A stretch of 64,000 bases of DNA from Amphiscolops sp. MND2022 (taxonomy: Eukaryota). Below are positions 39,585-52,886 of the stretch, piece after piece; position 1 is the first letter of the stretch; each line of letters begins with the position of its first letter. The translations under genes were made by a program, and so were the position numbers. The DNA is taken from positions 67,396,001 through 67,460,000 of the forward strand of contig OZ076409.1 in NCBI GenBank assembly GCA_964187785.1, written 5' to 3'. The notes under the pieces were generated by a model. It was given only the letters and a program-made list of their open reading frames with translations, had not been told where the DNA came from and searched no databases.

Positions 39585-42054
39585 GAGGGGTAATATTTTT
39601 AGCTGCGGCCATCGCAAATCCTCAATGACCACGGCTCGGGTATGAGGTAGCAGTAAAGCAACGATAATGACTATCCGTCATATTACGTCGACTACGGTTT
39701 TTTCTTGAATTTTTCCAACGAATCAAATGAAAGCTAGGTGATGCGTTTGCGTTAGTTACAAGCTAAAGCAATAAATTAGCCGTAGCATCAGCTGATTTTT
39801 CAATAATAAATGGCTGTTCTGCAATTCTACTCCAGTATACTCTAGTACACGAATACTAAGAGCGCACTCCTTGGTAATATGGAATGATTCGTGGCGCCTC
39901 ACTGAATAAAAGTCTTAGCATTCTACCATGGTATTAGATGGTGGCAATAGTCAAGATTGCGTCCCGTGACTGATTTAGTTCCAAGCTATTGCTGGCTTCA
40001 CTCCAACATCCAACCGGCCTAATCTCTGGCAATTCGGAACTATTCTGTATCGGTCCTTTTCTTCACGCAAAACAATAAAATTCAACAACTGAGTGAATTT
40101 GCAAAGCAGTAGTCTGCACGGGGAAAAATGTCGTGGTCTTTGCCTACCGTTACAGTTACCGCCAACGGTGCAGCGCCATTTTTGCTCTCTCAATTCCTAC
40201 TGGTTGCAAAATGCAGATTAAAATAAAGTCCAATTTAAGCCAACCAAATTTTTCCAGATTTAATGTTTGGAAAAGAAATGCATATACTTTTGCGCCGTGT
40301 ATATGCAGTCATTCACCCGAATACAAAGAATATACTGAAAAACGAGTCAAATTATAGATACAAGTTGTTGACGATTTTAGTTAACCGTCCATCGGCTCTC
40401 TATTTGCCGACTGTTTACCATTCTTTCAACATACGCCCCTTTACTTTTACCATATTACCATCTTGGTACAATTTTTTGATGGGCATAACTGCCAGATTTT
40501 TTGTGGCATCCCAAAACAATTTATCATCGGCCTAAATAACTAGCCTTTTTCATAGTAAACAAACGTCTCTCATGTAGAATTGGTGGAGCGTTGATACAGA
40601 AAAAAGTATTCCAGCCACTCCCTGTTTTTACTGCTTATCCAACGACTACTTTTTTCTCATCTTCCCATTTAATAATTTCCCGGTTTTATATATTTCTCTT
40701 GACTCGAGCTGCAAAAAAGCTGCTTTTGAGATTGCATATACTGCTATTTTTCCGCAATTTGCGAGAATCAATTTGTATAATTATTCACTAGATGTTTACC
40801 GAGTTATTACAATTGAGGAAATATTATAGTATTGTATACAGAGAACAAGCTTTTATGGGAAACTGCTTTCAAAATACAAACCACTGTTAAATTTTTGCAG
40901 CCATACGTTTAACCGATGTGCCAACAACCCACAAGCCAACAGAAACAACGCTTATTGATGCCCTCATTTCGAGGGGAAAATTATGATGACATTTTGAGGG
41001 AACATAAGTCCTTGCCTTGCAAGCAGTGAAGGGACATTATAATTTCACATCCAATTCTAAAATGTCTTGCTGATAAAGAATTAGAACCGGCTTCTGATTG
41101 ATTTTGCTTGATTTGTTCTACGGCGGTGCTACCCACGGTTTTCCCAATTTTCCCGCAGAAGTGTGCCTACTAGTCCCACCAAATTAGGATGTTGCCATTG
41201 AGAAGCGAGATGCCCGTCATTCAAGAGAGGCTGGCAGATTTTCTGAATCGCACATTAATAATGAACAAAAAGAAATCTAATACTGTTTTCTCTTGAAATT
41301 TGCGCATTTGTTCTTTGTCCCTGTCGCATTAACCACTCGAATTTTGCTACCATGGAAATATGGCATCATGAAAGGTCACCAATTTTATTATTACCATCGC
41401 TGTATTTCTTCCATTGTACCATCGTGTTGCCACCAGGATAGAACAGAACACGTTCGTTTAATTTGTTATAACAAGTTGGGTCGTGTTTTACCATAATTGG
41501 TTATGTCAACAGTCGTATATTACCATCTTTCCTCTGCTTCTAATCACTTTCCTATACTTTTCCTATGCTTATCATTTAGCGCCCGGATGTGAAAAAAGTG
41601 GGAAAATAGCTGTAAATTTAGTTACCCGTAATTACAGAGCATAGTTAGACTTCCTTTAGGTTTATATAATATATGCATTCAAGTTCATTTGTAACGTGCA
41701 AATCTAATTTTGGTGTTTTTTAAAATTCCTGCCTCGCATTGTTTATAATTTCCGTTTTATCAGCCGGTCAAATTTATCCTAGATTGGTAACCGGAGCTTG
41801 GTACTAAAGAAATTTTCTTGAGCAGAGAATTTTGCTTCTTGGTCGAATTTTATATAGCAGCCGATGTATTATATGAATATGTATTGATGCTACATGCCAC
41901 TTAAAAAGATGAAGCAAAAATTATATATTCAGCCAATTGAAGTTATAAATGAAATTCTTGCATCTTATTGACCAGTACTGAGCTTTATGTTATAAATAGA
42001 GATGAATCCACCTTCATTGAATGCCCCTGTTCTGGGGACCCTTATTATGTAATA

Positions 42055-42085
42055 TGACGTCATTGAAAGCATAATAATGACGTCA
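42055..42085. promoter_or_regulatory. Pair of consensus CRE/ATF sites
   Basis: TGACGTCA at 42055-42062 and 42078-42085, about 170-200 bp upstream of the ATG at 42257. Confidence 0.45.
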
Positions 42086-42256
42086 TTGGGAAAATCAGCT
42101 CAAAAATCCCAATTTTTATGCAGTGAAATTTAATCTCAGGTATTTAATCAGAAGAATATCAGTCTATCCTAGTTATCACAACTTGAGATTCATTGACTTC
42201 TATCAATTTGATATTTACTGGCTCTTCTTTGTTACAAATTGGACCTGTTTTTAAAA

Positions 42257-42646
42257 ATGGACCTGTTTAAAAACTCGCTTCTTTCTCAATTGGAGAGAAC
42301 TGACTCAATAAAACAGACCTTTTTAGCCAAACTCGAGGAAACTGACACTATTCGGGAATCGGTCAAGACCCGAAAAGACAGCCTTGTTTTATCGGCCAGT
42401 GATTTTACCTCTAAAATCAAGGAAAATGTAACCTGCGGGATAACAAATATTGTAGAGGAAATCGACCAAACAGTGCCGACCGGGCTAAAAGAACAGATTA
42501 ATCAAATCGCAAGTGATACCAATTCCTTTCTTTCAGCCTCCGGCATCACCACCAGAGAACCAAGCACCGCTAGTCTAACAGGAGGGGCGCGTGAAAATGG
42601 CACCGACTCTCCCGATTCAGCAGCTATCACAATCCAAACAAAACGG
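42257..42646 (+). CDS. Candidate first coding exon (130 codons), product not recognised; possibly an alternative N-terminus of the SYTL gene
   Basis: aaaaATGG start, open for 390 nt (MDLFKNSLLSQLERTDSIKQ..AITIQTKR), higher GC than flanks, strong phase-0 donor CGG|gtaagt. Confidence 0.6.
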
Positions 42647-45254
42647 GTAAGTCTTTCAATTCCTGTTTAAACATTCACCTTTCCTATTATTTTCTTATCG
42701 TTTTTCATGCATTACCTTCTAATTCTTTTACCATCTTTTTAAAATGACCTGTTTTCTAAGAACATTCGTCTGCTGAAGAAAAAATGTGTTCTGTAAACAA
42801 AAATGAACGAGCAATTTTTTTGTGAACAGATATGGTTTTTTGTTCATTTTTGTTCAGAAGACCAGGCTTCATTTCCTGAACAATGTGCACATGTTAAAGA
42901 AAACAAAACATTATTGACGAAGTCTTCATATATAATGAAATTAAAAAGCTTGAGAGGGGAAAATTTCAGAGGAAAATTGTCAAATGAAAATTATCAAGTA
43001 ATCGAATTATTATTACAACGACAATTTGAGCAGTTGATAGCTGTTACCTTGCCAATTTTTTTCCATGGATTGAGTTTTTGCTAGTTGAGTTTTTCCCAAA
43101 AAACACAGCAATGATTTTTTATTATAATGATGAATTAAGTATGTGATTGAAATTTCAATAACGAAGAATGATTAGCTTATTAAAATTTTAGCTCCTTGAG
43201 GTTTTCATAATATTGCTTTTTAATTAGAAGTTTGTCAGTTTTAGGAAACCTTGGAGATGAAAAATTCAATATTCAAGACAATCGGAAAATTATTATATTG
43301 AAATGAATCTTTGCAAGCTGTAAATGGGTGCAATGACAAATGGCCTTGAAATTTTATGATCGTTCTTTTTTTCTGTTATCGGAACGCAAAATTTTTGACA
43401 AGGACGAATTACCTACATGTTATTTGTTACCGTCCAAGATTGAATTCCATAAGCACTAAAAATTCGATCAAATTTAGACATCAAAGTTCCCCGTTTCGCA
43501 AATTGATGTACCGTAAAATGATTTCATGCTTTCAACAACAGGTGCGAAATTATAGGGGTAGCTAACGTTCACTTTACAAATGAATACCCGAGCGGTACTG
43601 TGGGCAAGTTTAGTGCATTTTGCAAAAGTGCTGCTCTGCATTGAGGTAATACAAGCAGTCATCACGTGATCGTATTTCACTCTCGATATTTCAATTTTGT
43701 CTTTGAGTCCTGGGTTACAACTTTTGAAAGGAGAAACTTCCTTTTTCGGATAATATATGAAGCTTGAATCCTTTTCAAGGGATCAGATATCGAACTCTAT
43801 AAATATATTAATCATTCACTATAAGGATCCACAAATGCTTTCAATGCGGGCACAGAATTTCTATTTAAACAAGTATAACCTATATGAGATTCCCAAATTA
43901 GGTTGAAAATTTTTAAAACACATACATGTATTGCATATTTTGATCTATATTCCTCAGACAAACAAAGGTTGGCATTTTCCGGTTTGTCAATTTTACAATC
44001 TCCTTGGAGACTAAAATGAGTTTTGGATAAGCAGCGAATCCATTTTATTATGAAATTGAATGTATTTGAGGAAACATGAAGGGAAATTTCACCCATAATT
44101 TTTTACATGTTTTAGCTTTTAACCTAAATTTATTCATATTAGTTCATTTTAAATAGAATTACCTCTATTACAAACACGCAAAGTACCAAGTACCTGATTG
44201 TTTTGTTGTTCAACTATGTGGATACCGTACCTAACATTTCAATTTTTAAAACTTTTTGCATAAAATGTCTAAAACGCGTGCTGCGAACTTAGTTTTATCA
44301 TTAGGAGTTTTTGTTGACCAAATGTTTCTAATTTCAAATAAAAATCACCTAAATGACAAAAAACAACTGTGACATTTTTGACATTTCGCTGTCGATTTGA
44401 GGCATTTTTCTACAGAAGCCTGCAACTACGTCTTTGAACAAACCCACCGTGATAACGAATTCATTCGACGTTGAACGTTCTCAAACTTCAGACTACAAAA
44501 CATTTCAAAAAGTACTGATAAGTTGCATACAAACGTGAAGATGTTGACCTTCTTCGATATTTCGAGTTTCATTGGAGTCTTTCTGAATTTTTTTGAAGCA
44601 AAACGCTGCAATGCTCTCGTCAATAACGCGTAATGAATAGCTAGTTCTATCATTTTTGAACGTTTTGAACATTCTAAATCAAGAAATCTGTCAGAAATTG
44701 TACAGAAAATGCATGAAGAACAACAAATCTGGAACGTTTTGGATTATTTCACTTTTTCTGGGTCAATATGAGGCATTTTCCTATTACAAACTGTTTTCAT
44801 CGCTTGACAGAAGCCTACGGATCAACCATTTCCTCCTCTGTTGAACAGTTTTAACGTTATAATTCACGAAGTCTATCAAAACTTTGACAAAAAATGCATA
44901 AAAACGTTGAAAATTGTGCCATTTGGTGTCAATTCGAGGGGTTTTTCCTTCGTAAAACTTCACTATTTATTTCACAAAGGAATACTGGACGACGAATGTT
45001 TTCCTTGTTGATCGTTTTCAACTTTCTAATCGACGAAGTCTATCGAAAAGTTTACAAGCTTGCATAAAATCTTTAAAAATCAGGATTATTTGCAATTTTT
45101 GTGATTGTTGGGTCATTCTGGGATCGTTTCGGCCATACCCAAAAAAGTTCAAAATCCTCAACAAATACATATCGCACGAAGCTAAATTTATGTGAGTTAA
45201 ATTGCGTGAGCGACACCCTTTAATTTGAATACACGTTTGGTACAAGACATATTA

Positions 45255-45734
45255 AACAAGACGGGAACGTCTCAAGTCGGCGCTATTTCTAAGGCTCAAA
45301 AAGCGCAAAACATTTTTTTTGGAAAAAAACTAGAAATTTTCGAAAAAAAAATTTTCTTTCGGAAAATGCCGAAAAATGTAAAAGAAGGGACCCTTTTTGA
45401 TTTATAAACACGCATTCTGTAGCAAAATAACAAAGAACTCAAAGGGGGGACCCTTTGAGGACATTTAAAAAAATTCGAAAAAAAGTCTCACAGTGCCGAA
45501 AAAAAAATCGAAAGGGGGACCCTTTAGTGCCGTCCGGGCTTGTAGGTAACGTTTAAAAAGTAAATGAATGCGCTCCCCGTTTGCCTTTACCGGTCCAGTA
45601 GTTTAGTACTGTATTTAGTAGTTTAGTAGTTGAACGTTAATTTTAACGTTCGTCGCTTCGAGTCTGTCTTAAATAAAAAAAACGAGTGACTGTAAAAGTC
45701 GGGCTCTTTTCTTTAGAAAAGCGCCGACTAAAAA
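45255..45734 (-). mobile_element. HINE-like element, complete copy
   Basis: AACAAGACGGGAACGTCTCAAGTCGGCGCT ... AGTCGGGCTCTTTTC-TTTA-GAAAAGCGCCGACTAAAAA. Confidence 0.65.
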
Positions 45735-46424
45735 CCGTTTGAGTTAAATGTTTTCCTTTTCCCATATGGAACATTGGCGGAAAATATTAAAACTGATCCC
45801 TGATTATATTGTATGAGCACGGTACGCTAAACGAATGAGCACGGTACGTTTTTGTTTTCGTTTTGTTTTGACAAATGTTGAATTATTTGCAGTGACAAGG
45901 ACTTCAACGGTGAAGCGTTACTCTTATCTCTCAAGCGGTTAAGAACACCCAGATTTTCCACCCAAGAATGTACATCCTAGATTCTTTTATGATGCATTTG
46001 TTTCATGTAATGAAATTTCATGGATATTGAATGAATATCCATTGAATATTCAACACATTCAGCAGTCATGATGGAAAATAAGTTATGGGCAAGACCCTTC
46101 CCTCCACGATTAACCATGAGATTGAAAAAATATTGAGAAACGCTTGAAATGACGCTCATTATTCGGCAAAACGACAGGAATTGTTGAAAATTATCTTCTA
46201 TGGCATTGCTATGAGCGCCTCTTGGCATCAAAGACGCAAAAACACCCATAATTCGAAATTGAATGCAAAGGTCTATGCTTAGATTGATCGCTAAAAATTA
46301 ACGGAGTTATATGAAAGTAGAGATTGTAGCAATTTCTACGAGTGATTTTTTAATGGTGTGTAACAGCAAAATTAGAAGAAAAGTATACGCATCCTAAGAG
46401 TGATAAATTTTCAACTCAAGACAA

Positions 46425-47059
46425 AACAAGACGAGAACGTTTAAAGTCGTCGCTACATCTAACGCTCAAAAAGCGCAAAGTTTTTGAAACAAGCACAGGA
46501 CGTATATATGAAAAGCTCAGAAAACAGTTTCGAGACACCCAAAGGGTACCTTTCTTGCTCGATAAGACTCGGAAACCACTTTTCCCCCAACTGGGAACAA
46601 AAAAACATCTAAAAACTTCGGATTTTTTCTTTCGGAAAATGTCGCATAGTGCCAAAAAATATAAAGGGGGGACCCTTTGGGATTTATTAACATACATTCT
46701 GTTGCAAAATAACAAAAAAACTCGAAGGGGGGAATCTTAAGACATTCAATCTTTTTCGAGAAAAAGTCGCACTGTGCCGAAAAAAATTGAATTAAGGGAA
46801 CCTTTAGTATCCTCCGGTTTTGTGGGTTACGATAAAAAAGTTTAAAAATTGGTAGGTGGACCCTTTGCACTAAGTTTGCCTCGGCCGGACTTGGCCTGAG
46901 TAGTTTTAGTAGTTTCTGTAAAAAGTGGACCGATCAGTGTGAGGTCTGTCATCTGAAGAAAAAAGGTCACTGTAAGAGTGCATTTTTCATGTCGGGCATT
47001 TTTCATTAGAAGTCCGTAAGAGTCGGGCATTTTTCATTAGAAGAAGCGCTGACTAAAAA
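46425..47059 (-). mobile_element. HINE-like element, complete copy
   Basis: AACAAGACGAGAACGTTTAAAGTCGTCGCT ... AGTCGGGCATTTTTC..GAAGAAGCGCTGACTAAAAA. Confidence 0.65.
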
Positions 47060-47119
47060 CAGACTTTCTTTTACAAAGAGTCGTAGGACCAGGGTTCGGA
47101 ACCAATTAAAGACCGTTGA

Positions 47120-48075
47120 TGTTTTCTCGTGTAACTTTTGGTGTGCTTTGTTATCATCTCTTTGATGATCTCAAAATCTATCTTCTTGACACAATATTTG
47201 ATTCTTTGGACCAAATCATCTCTTGAAGTAACTTGAAAATCGGCTTCGCTTACCCATTGTGTAAAAAAGACCAGAAATGTCGAATAATAAATTTAGACAT
47301 CATCGAAAAATGCTGAGACAGTTTAGAGGGTTGTTTTCACAATTCACAAAATCGATCTTCATCGAAGTTAAACGAGTCTGAACGTCAGTTGCGCCATGTG
47401 ACGATGCCAAATCGGGCCAGAAAAAAAGTGTTATCACAACCGCCACACTGTGTACCAATAAACGGTAAGAGATGAGACTTGAGAATGGACTGGTAGCGTT
47501 CTTTGTTCATCGTTCCTCCTTTATCTTTAACGTAAACATGACTCACATCGTTGTTGGAAAATGGGCACCAAATCATTACTTTTGACTCCAAGTTCGTATA
47601 CCGAAACGAAGTCCTAATTGAGAGTAAATTCAGCCACCGAACTGGAATGGAAAATGTCAGCGAAAACTGTCAAAAAAGTTCGAAGTTTCCACCATGACAT
47701 CTAATCGAACCCTCAGAAAACTGGACATCCAGCACCGCAAGAGAGCGCCGCAACCTGATGCACCAGATCATCAACTCCAACGCATCAAAAACTTGGCCAA
47801 AAACGAAATTTCTAAACCACTCAAAAACACTCAAAAACCACTGGTTATGGATGACGAAGTTCGTACTGATAACTTCTTATTGTGGCCTCCGCTGCCGATT
47901 TTACGTAAGAGGGGAGTAACGTCATTGATTTGCTCGAGTTTTGTGAGTAAATTGTAAATGCAGGTCTTCAAAAACGCGAGTTCTTTGAGTGTTTCTACCT
48001 AGTCTTTTCCATCAATATTGGGTTTTTTCGATGAAAATCTTGGATGATTTTTCTGGACTCCTCAGAGAATGGATT
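47120..48075 (-). pseudogene. Fossil Tc1/mariner-superfamily (DD37E/TRT-like) transposase with an inverted central segment
   Basis: - strand N-terminus EESRKIIQDFH..CIYNLLTKL..RKIGSGGHNKKLS. + strand middle QRKLSKKFEVSTMTSNRTLRKLDIQHRKR..LVMDDE. - strand C-terminus ESKVMIW..GTMNKERYQSILKSHLLPFI..FWPDLASSH..IDFV..NNP..HFWS..LVQRIKYCVKKID. Confidence 0.75.
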
Positions 48076-51000
48076 GGTTCTCCAAGTGTTCATATTGGGA
48101 ATTTTCTTTGGTTTTCTAGCATGAAAGGTCGAATAACACATTGTAGGAAGTGGAGAAACCTGTAGAATGGGAAACTCGCCCTGGACTGGCACGCATTGCC
48201 ACATTTCCGTTTTGCCTCCAGCGTGAAATATGTTCGTGGTCCCGCTTCAGCTGAATACCTACCGCCTTGTTCTAATTTCTGACTGCTATTAGCTACGGGC
48301 ATCTTTCTGCAATTCTAAGGACCACCGCTCAAGTAGCTGATGAAAACTGAGCCACGAACAATGTAAATATTGTATTCCAGGGTTATAGGGGGACTAGGAT
48401 CTAAAATCGCCAAACGTAGCTCTCAAGCTAGAAAATCTAGCTACAAAAAGTGATAATCCATACAACAATAGATCGAAATGGCAGACCACACAGCTAAAAA
48501 CGCCTGCTCCAAGTATCAAAATAAAGAACTAATCATTTTTCCGTTTCCACTACGTCAGGTAGCATCTTGCTAAAATACATCAAAAGGGTAGGTTTATCGC
48601 CTGGAATTGAAGTCCTTCTACAGTTTTTTTCAGTTTTCAGCGCGGTCTCTCGATCTGCTTCCGTCTGTTTTTCATTCAAATTAGCCGAAATGAAGTGAGC
48701 AATAACATGTCTCTTGACACATCAAAGTCCGCACTAGAATTGCTCACAATATAAAGTGCCAGTACTTGCAAGTTGTACCCTTGGAGTAAGAAAAAAGTGA
48801 TTGCCTTCGTTATTCAACTGGGAAGCATTTAGCGAACAAACCCCAAATGTTTCTAAACAGTTCTTGAGTGACTCCTAACTGAAAAAAAATCACAAACGTC
48901 GTTGCAACAATGAAGTATGTTACTTGATAAGTTATTGGATAATGAAGTAATGTTACTAGTGATTAACAATTTTTTGGACTTAGTGATCGATTCTGTTGAA
49001 GAGTTAGCACCCATCATCTCAGCAATTCTAGCTGACAACCGATTTATCGATTACGGAAGGATTTTGTCTCAATTGATTACAAATAACAAAAGTCATGCCA
49101 CTTCATCAGATGACGCTTAAGATCCAACGAACTTTACACTTCTGCCCTTTTTCCACTGCTCGGGAGAATTTTAGGAGCAATTCTCTATCAGGACTTTTCC
49201 TGTTTTGAGAAAAATAGAGTGTTTTCAGGGAAATTGCTTGGTTTCGAAAAAATCTGGCGATCGATTTTTACAGAGTAACAATGAGAAATTAAGTTTTAGT
49301 TGCACATGAAATGTAACAACATCCCTGTCACCATCGTTTTGGATTCACAGGAAAACTTTTGGTTCTGTGGAATTTGATGTTTTTCTGAAAGGAAAATGGA
49401 ACAATACGGAGTTACAGTCCAAGTTTAAAAATTTGCACAGACTTATCGGGAAAAACGAAACATTGTCAGCTGTTTTCAGTCAAAAAAACTTGCTTTTTTG
49501 GTATAGCAGTAAGCATTCTTCACGATTCGTCGAGAAATCCCATCATTTAGCTTTTTAACTACTTCTCTGTTCAAATAGCAAAAAAGAACCTTTTGAGGGA
49601 TATTTTTCATCTGAACCTATATCACTAAAATGGAGACCAGAAGCCTGCAAAGTTGTTTTATACAAAAAAAGAGCCTGGAGAGAAAAATCGAAAGTTTTCT
49701 GGCCGCACTATATCTAGGAATATTGCTGAAATTTTATTTAAAATCAACCCCAAAAGTATTGAAATAAAATTTTTTCAAAAAACAAAGTTACAAGGTATCT
49801 CACTACGATTGACCTTTTGAAATGAACATAGTATTCGAGCAAAAAAGTTATGTTTCTGACCTTTTCCATAATCGTTATTTTTCCTATGACGTTATTTTCT
49901 ATGACGTTATTTTCCATATTTACCACAGATGAACATAATTATGAAAATTTAGATGTCGTAATAGAAGAATAGCATTAAACCAGTGTAAAGCAAACCATAA
50001 AACCATAGTCTTGTTGATTGGAAAGCCTTCTGTTGATACCCTAAAAAGTACCTCGAACGCTTTCTGTGTAAAAAAAATATAGTATTCAATGACTTCAAAA
50101 TCCTCTTATCAAGCAAACTACACAACTAACTGCTAGCATTGTTTGGTAAAAACCTCGATGCTTCAAAACCATTGATTTAATTAATTTGATTTCGACACAA
50201 CGGGGTCCGGAAGTCAATTAGATCCTTTGCCCTGCGTGTTTCTTTTGAATTCTGCCCGAAATACCCGCAACTTCTCTGATGAGTTTTATTCGATTTCATT
50301 TCACACACAGTTCACTATGCACCTGCAAATACCTTTGCTTTTAGGATAAAATTTTCCCGTAGGCTTTTTTGCATCCCAAATTCGGTCGTCTCTTTTTTTT
50401 TGACCATCAGACCAAGCAGCCAAGGGATTGATTTTGACTACTGCTTGAAAAAGAAGCTAACTCAAGACGCTCTCAGTCGCAATTTTCAATCAAAAAGAGA
50501 AGAAGGTGTCACTAAAAGGCCGATTAAAATGGGATATCTTAAAAGGAACAGGATTTTTTGAAGCAATTTTTAAGGTAAAGATGTCAAAGCCACTTCGCAG
50601 ATCATTCTTCCACGCCGAAATTGAAATCCGAAAAAGCCGGGAGAAATTGCGTATTTTTGCAGAACAAAACATTTGAATTGAGTTTTCAACGCTCTAATTT
50701 TGTGAATTCAACCGGATCACAATGAAAAAAGCGACCAGAGTCGATAACTATTTTCCAAAATAACGTCAATAAGTTTTGATAATTCAGTAGTGAGACAAAG
50801 AAAATATGAAAAATGATGTCAGCTAAAAATGCAGTAAAAAATTACATTCCCGAAGTATAATTCTCCCTTAAAAGTACAATAACTTGAGATGACAACTATG
50901 AAAATATATACACTAAAATATATTAAATGAATGCTGAAGTTGGAACTTCGGTTGAAGTCTCATTTCAGGTAAGATTAATTAAATTGACGAACCTGGCTAC

Positions 51001-51922
51001 GTCCTAACGATTTAACCAGTTACGTAGCTAGCCGGTTAAAATGAACCGAATTTTTGTAAATAAAGCCATTGAGAAGTTTTGAAAAATTTCAAGATGCTGA
51101 CTCTGGAAAACTACATCATGTATCACCGCAATCAATATCACTGTTTTGCTATCAAGTATAACAGGGCGAAAAGTGTTGAATTTTTCACAGCATATCTGCT
51201 AATTGCTACTAGTTTTCTATTGGAACTTTCATTTGTATACTTTCTTTGCTTCCATTAAAAATTGAAACCAGATAAAAAAGTACATATAGTGCCAAAAATT
51301 GCAATTTACAAGAACATGGAAAATTGGATGCGAAATCGAGAACATGGGGGAAAATGTTGCACAAAAGGAATGATCTCAGACACCTCTTATTTTGGTGGGC
51401 GGATTAATTCAACATTTTGCCTTCTCTTCAAAATCATGTGAAGACATGCAATAGGCTGAAGATAACATTAAAAATTGAAGTCAGATAAATCTTAGATCAA
51501 AGCCTTGAAGATTTCGGCAGCTTATTGCTAATGAGAAAAATACATAATTTAATCCAAATTTTCCACCTTGTTTCCTTACTAAAGTCTTTCGGGAGAAAGT
51601 ACCCTCCAATTTTAATGAATGCATTTCAAGGAGAAGCGTGTTACTGACGGTATCTGGAAAGATTTCCTTTTTTGGAGGCCTGACAGCATTTGGGAAGCAA
51701 TGACACGTTATTCATAGCTATAAATTGGCACTTTGTGGTGGAATTAAAAACATGGAAAAAAGCATTTTCATACATTGAATTTTCTTTTGTTGACGAAGAA
51801 TGAAAGAAGTTTGTCAAGTTTGTGATTTAAAAATACTACTCCAAGCTTGACGTTTTCAATTTCCTCTTTTAGGGAAGTACTGAAGTAGAATCATCGCCAT
51901 TCATGTTAAACTAAGCGCTTAG

Positions 51923-52886
51923 TTTTTAATCGGCGCTTTCGTTGAAAGAGTAGATTATGGTAGTGATTTTTCTTTTGTTTCTTTTTTTTTCAAGACCAAC
52001 GAACTGACAGATTTTATACGCCTTATAAGCTGTTGCCTACTTATACCATTCGGTTTAGGGGGACCCCAGCGGTCGTGGGTTCGATCCCCTGCATTTTCCA
52101 GAAACCTTTTCGTGCGTTTGCAAAACCTGGCGAGACTAAAAGGTTTAGGCACCCTTTGTGCTTTTTGAAAATCCAATTTATTGCAAAATATCAAAACAAA
52201 TGAATGGGGAACCTTTGGAGACAGGGAAAAACTTTCGAAAAAAGTCCCACAAAGCGGAAAAAAATCAAAAATCAAAATTCCTTTTGAATTTTTCCGCTTT
52301 GTGGGACTTTTTTTGAAAGTTTTTTCATGAATCCAAAGGTTCCCCATTCATTTGTTTTAATATTTTGCAATAAATTGGATTTTCAAAAAGCACAAAGAGT
52401 CCCCCTTTTTACAATTTTTGGCGAGATTTTTCAAAATGATTATTTTTCGTCATAGATGTCTCAGCACGCTAAATCCGAGTTTTGTTTATTTTTAGAATCA
52501 GCGTTTTTTGCACGTGGCTTTTTTCTACGTTGCTTTTATCAAAGCCCCCTCAATTTGTACTAGAAACGAAACATTTTGCGAGCATACAGGACTCCTTGAT
52601 TTTCGGCACTATAGGATTTACCGGAGACCTTCATCAAAAAAATTCGAAAAAAAATTCTAAACAATTTTCCTTCATTTTTTGTTTTTTGAAAGGTTTTATG
52701 TGGAGCAAAATAGGTTTTTGTATTCCAGTTGGCAAAAGTGCTTTTGTTGGGGAAAAAGTACCTTGGGTATTGTTTGGCACTGCAAAGCTGATGAAATTTC
52801 AACAAAATTGTCCATTTGCATATTTAAAATACTTTACTTTTTTGAGCCTTGAGCGGTGCGCCGACTTGGGCCGTTCCCGGTTTGTT
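51923..52886 (+). mobile_element. HINE-like element, long complete copy
   Basis: TTTTTAATCGGCGCTTTC.. start; GTGCGCCGACTTGG-GCCG-TTCC-CGGT-TTGTT end. Confidence 0.62.
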
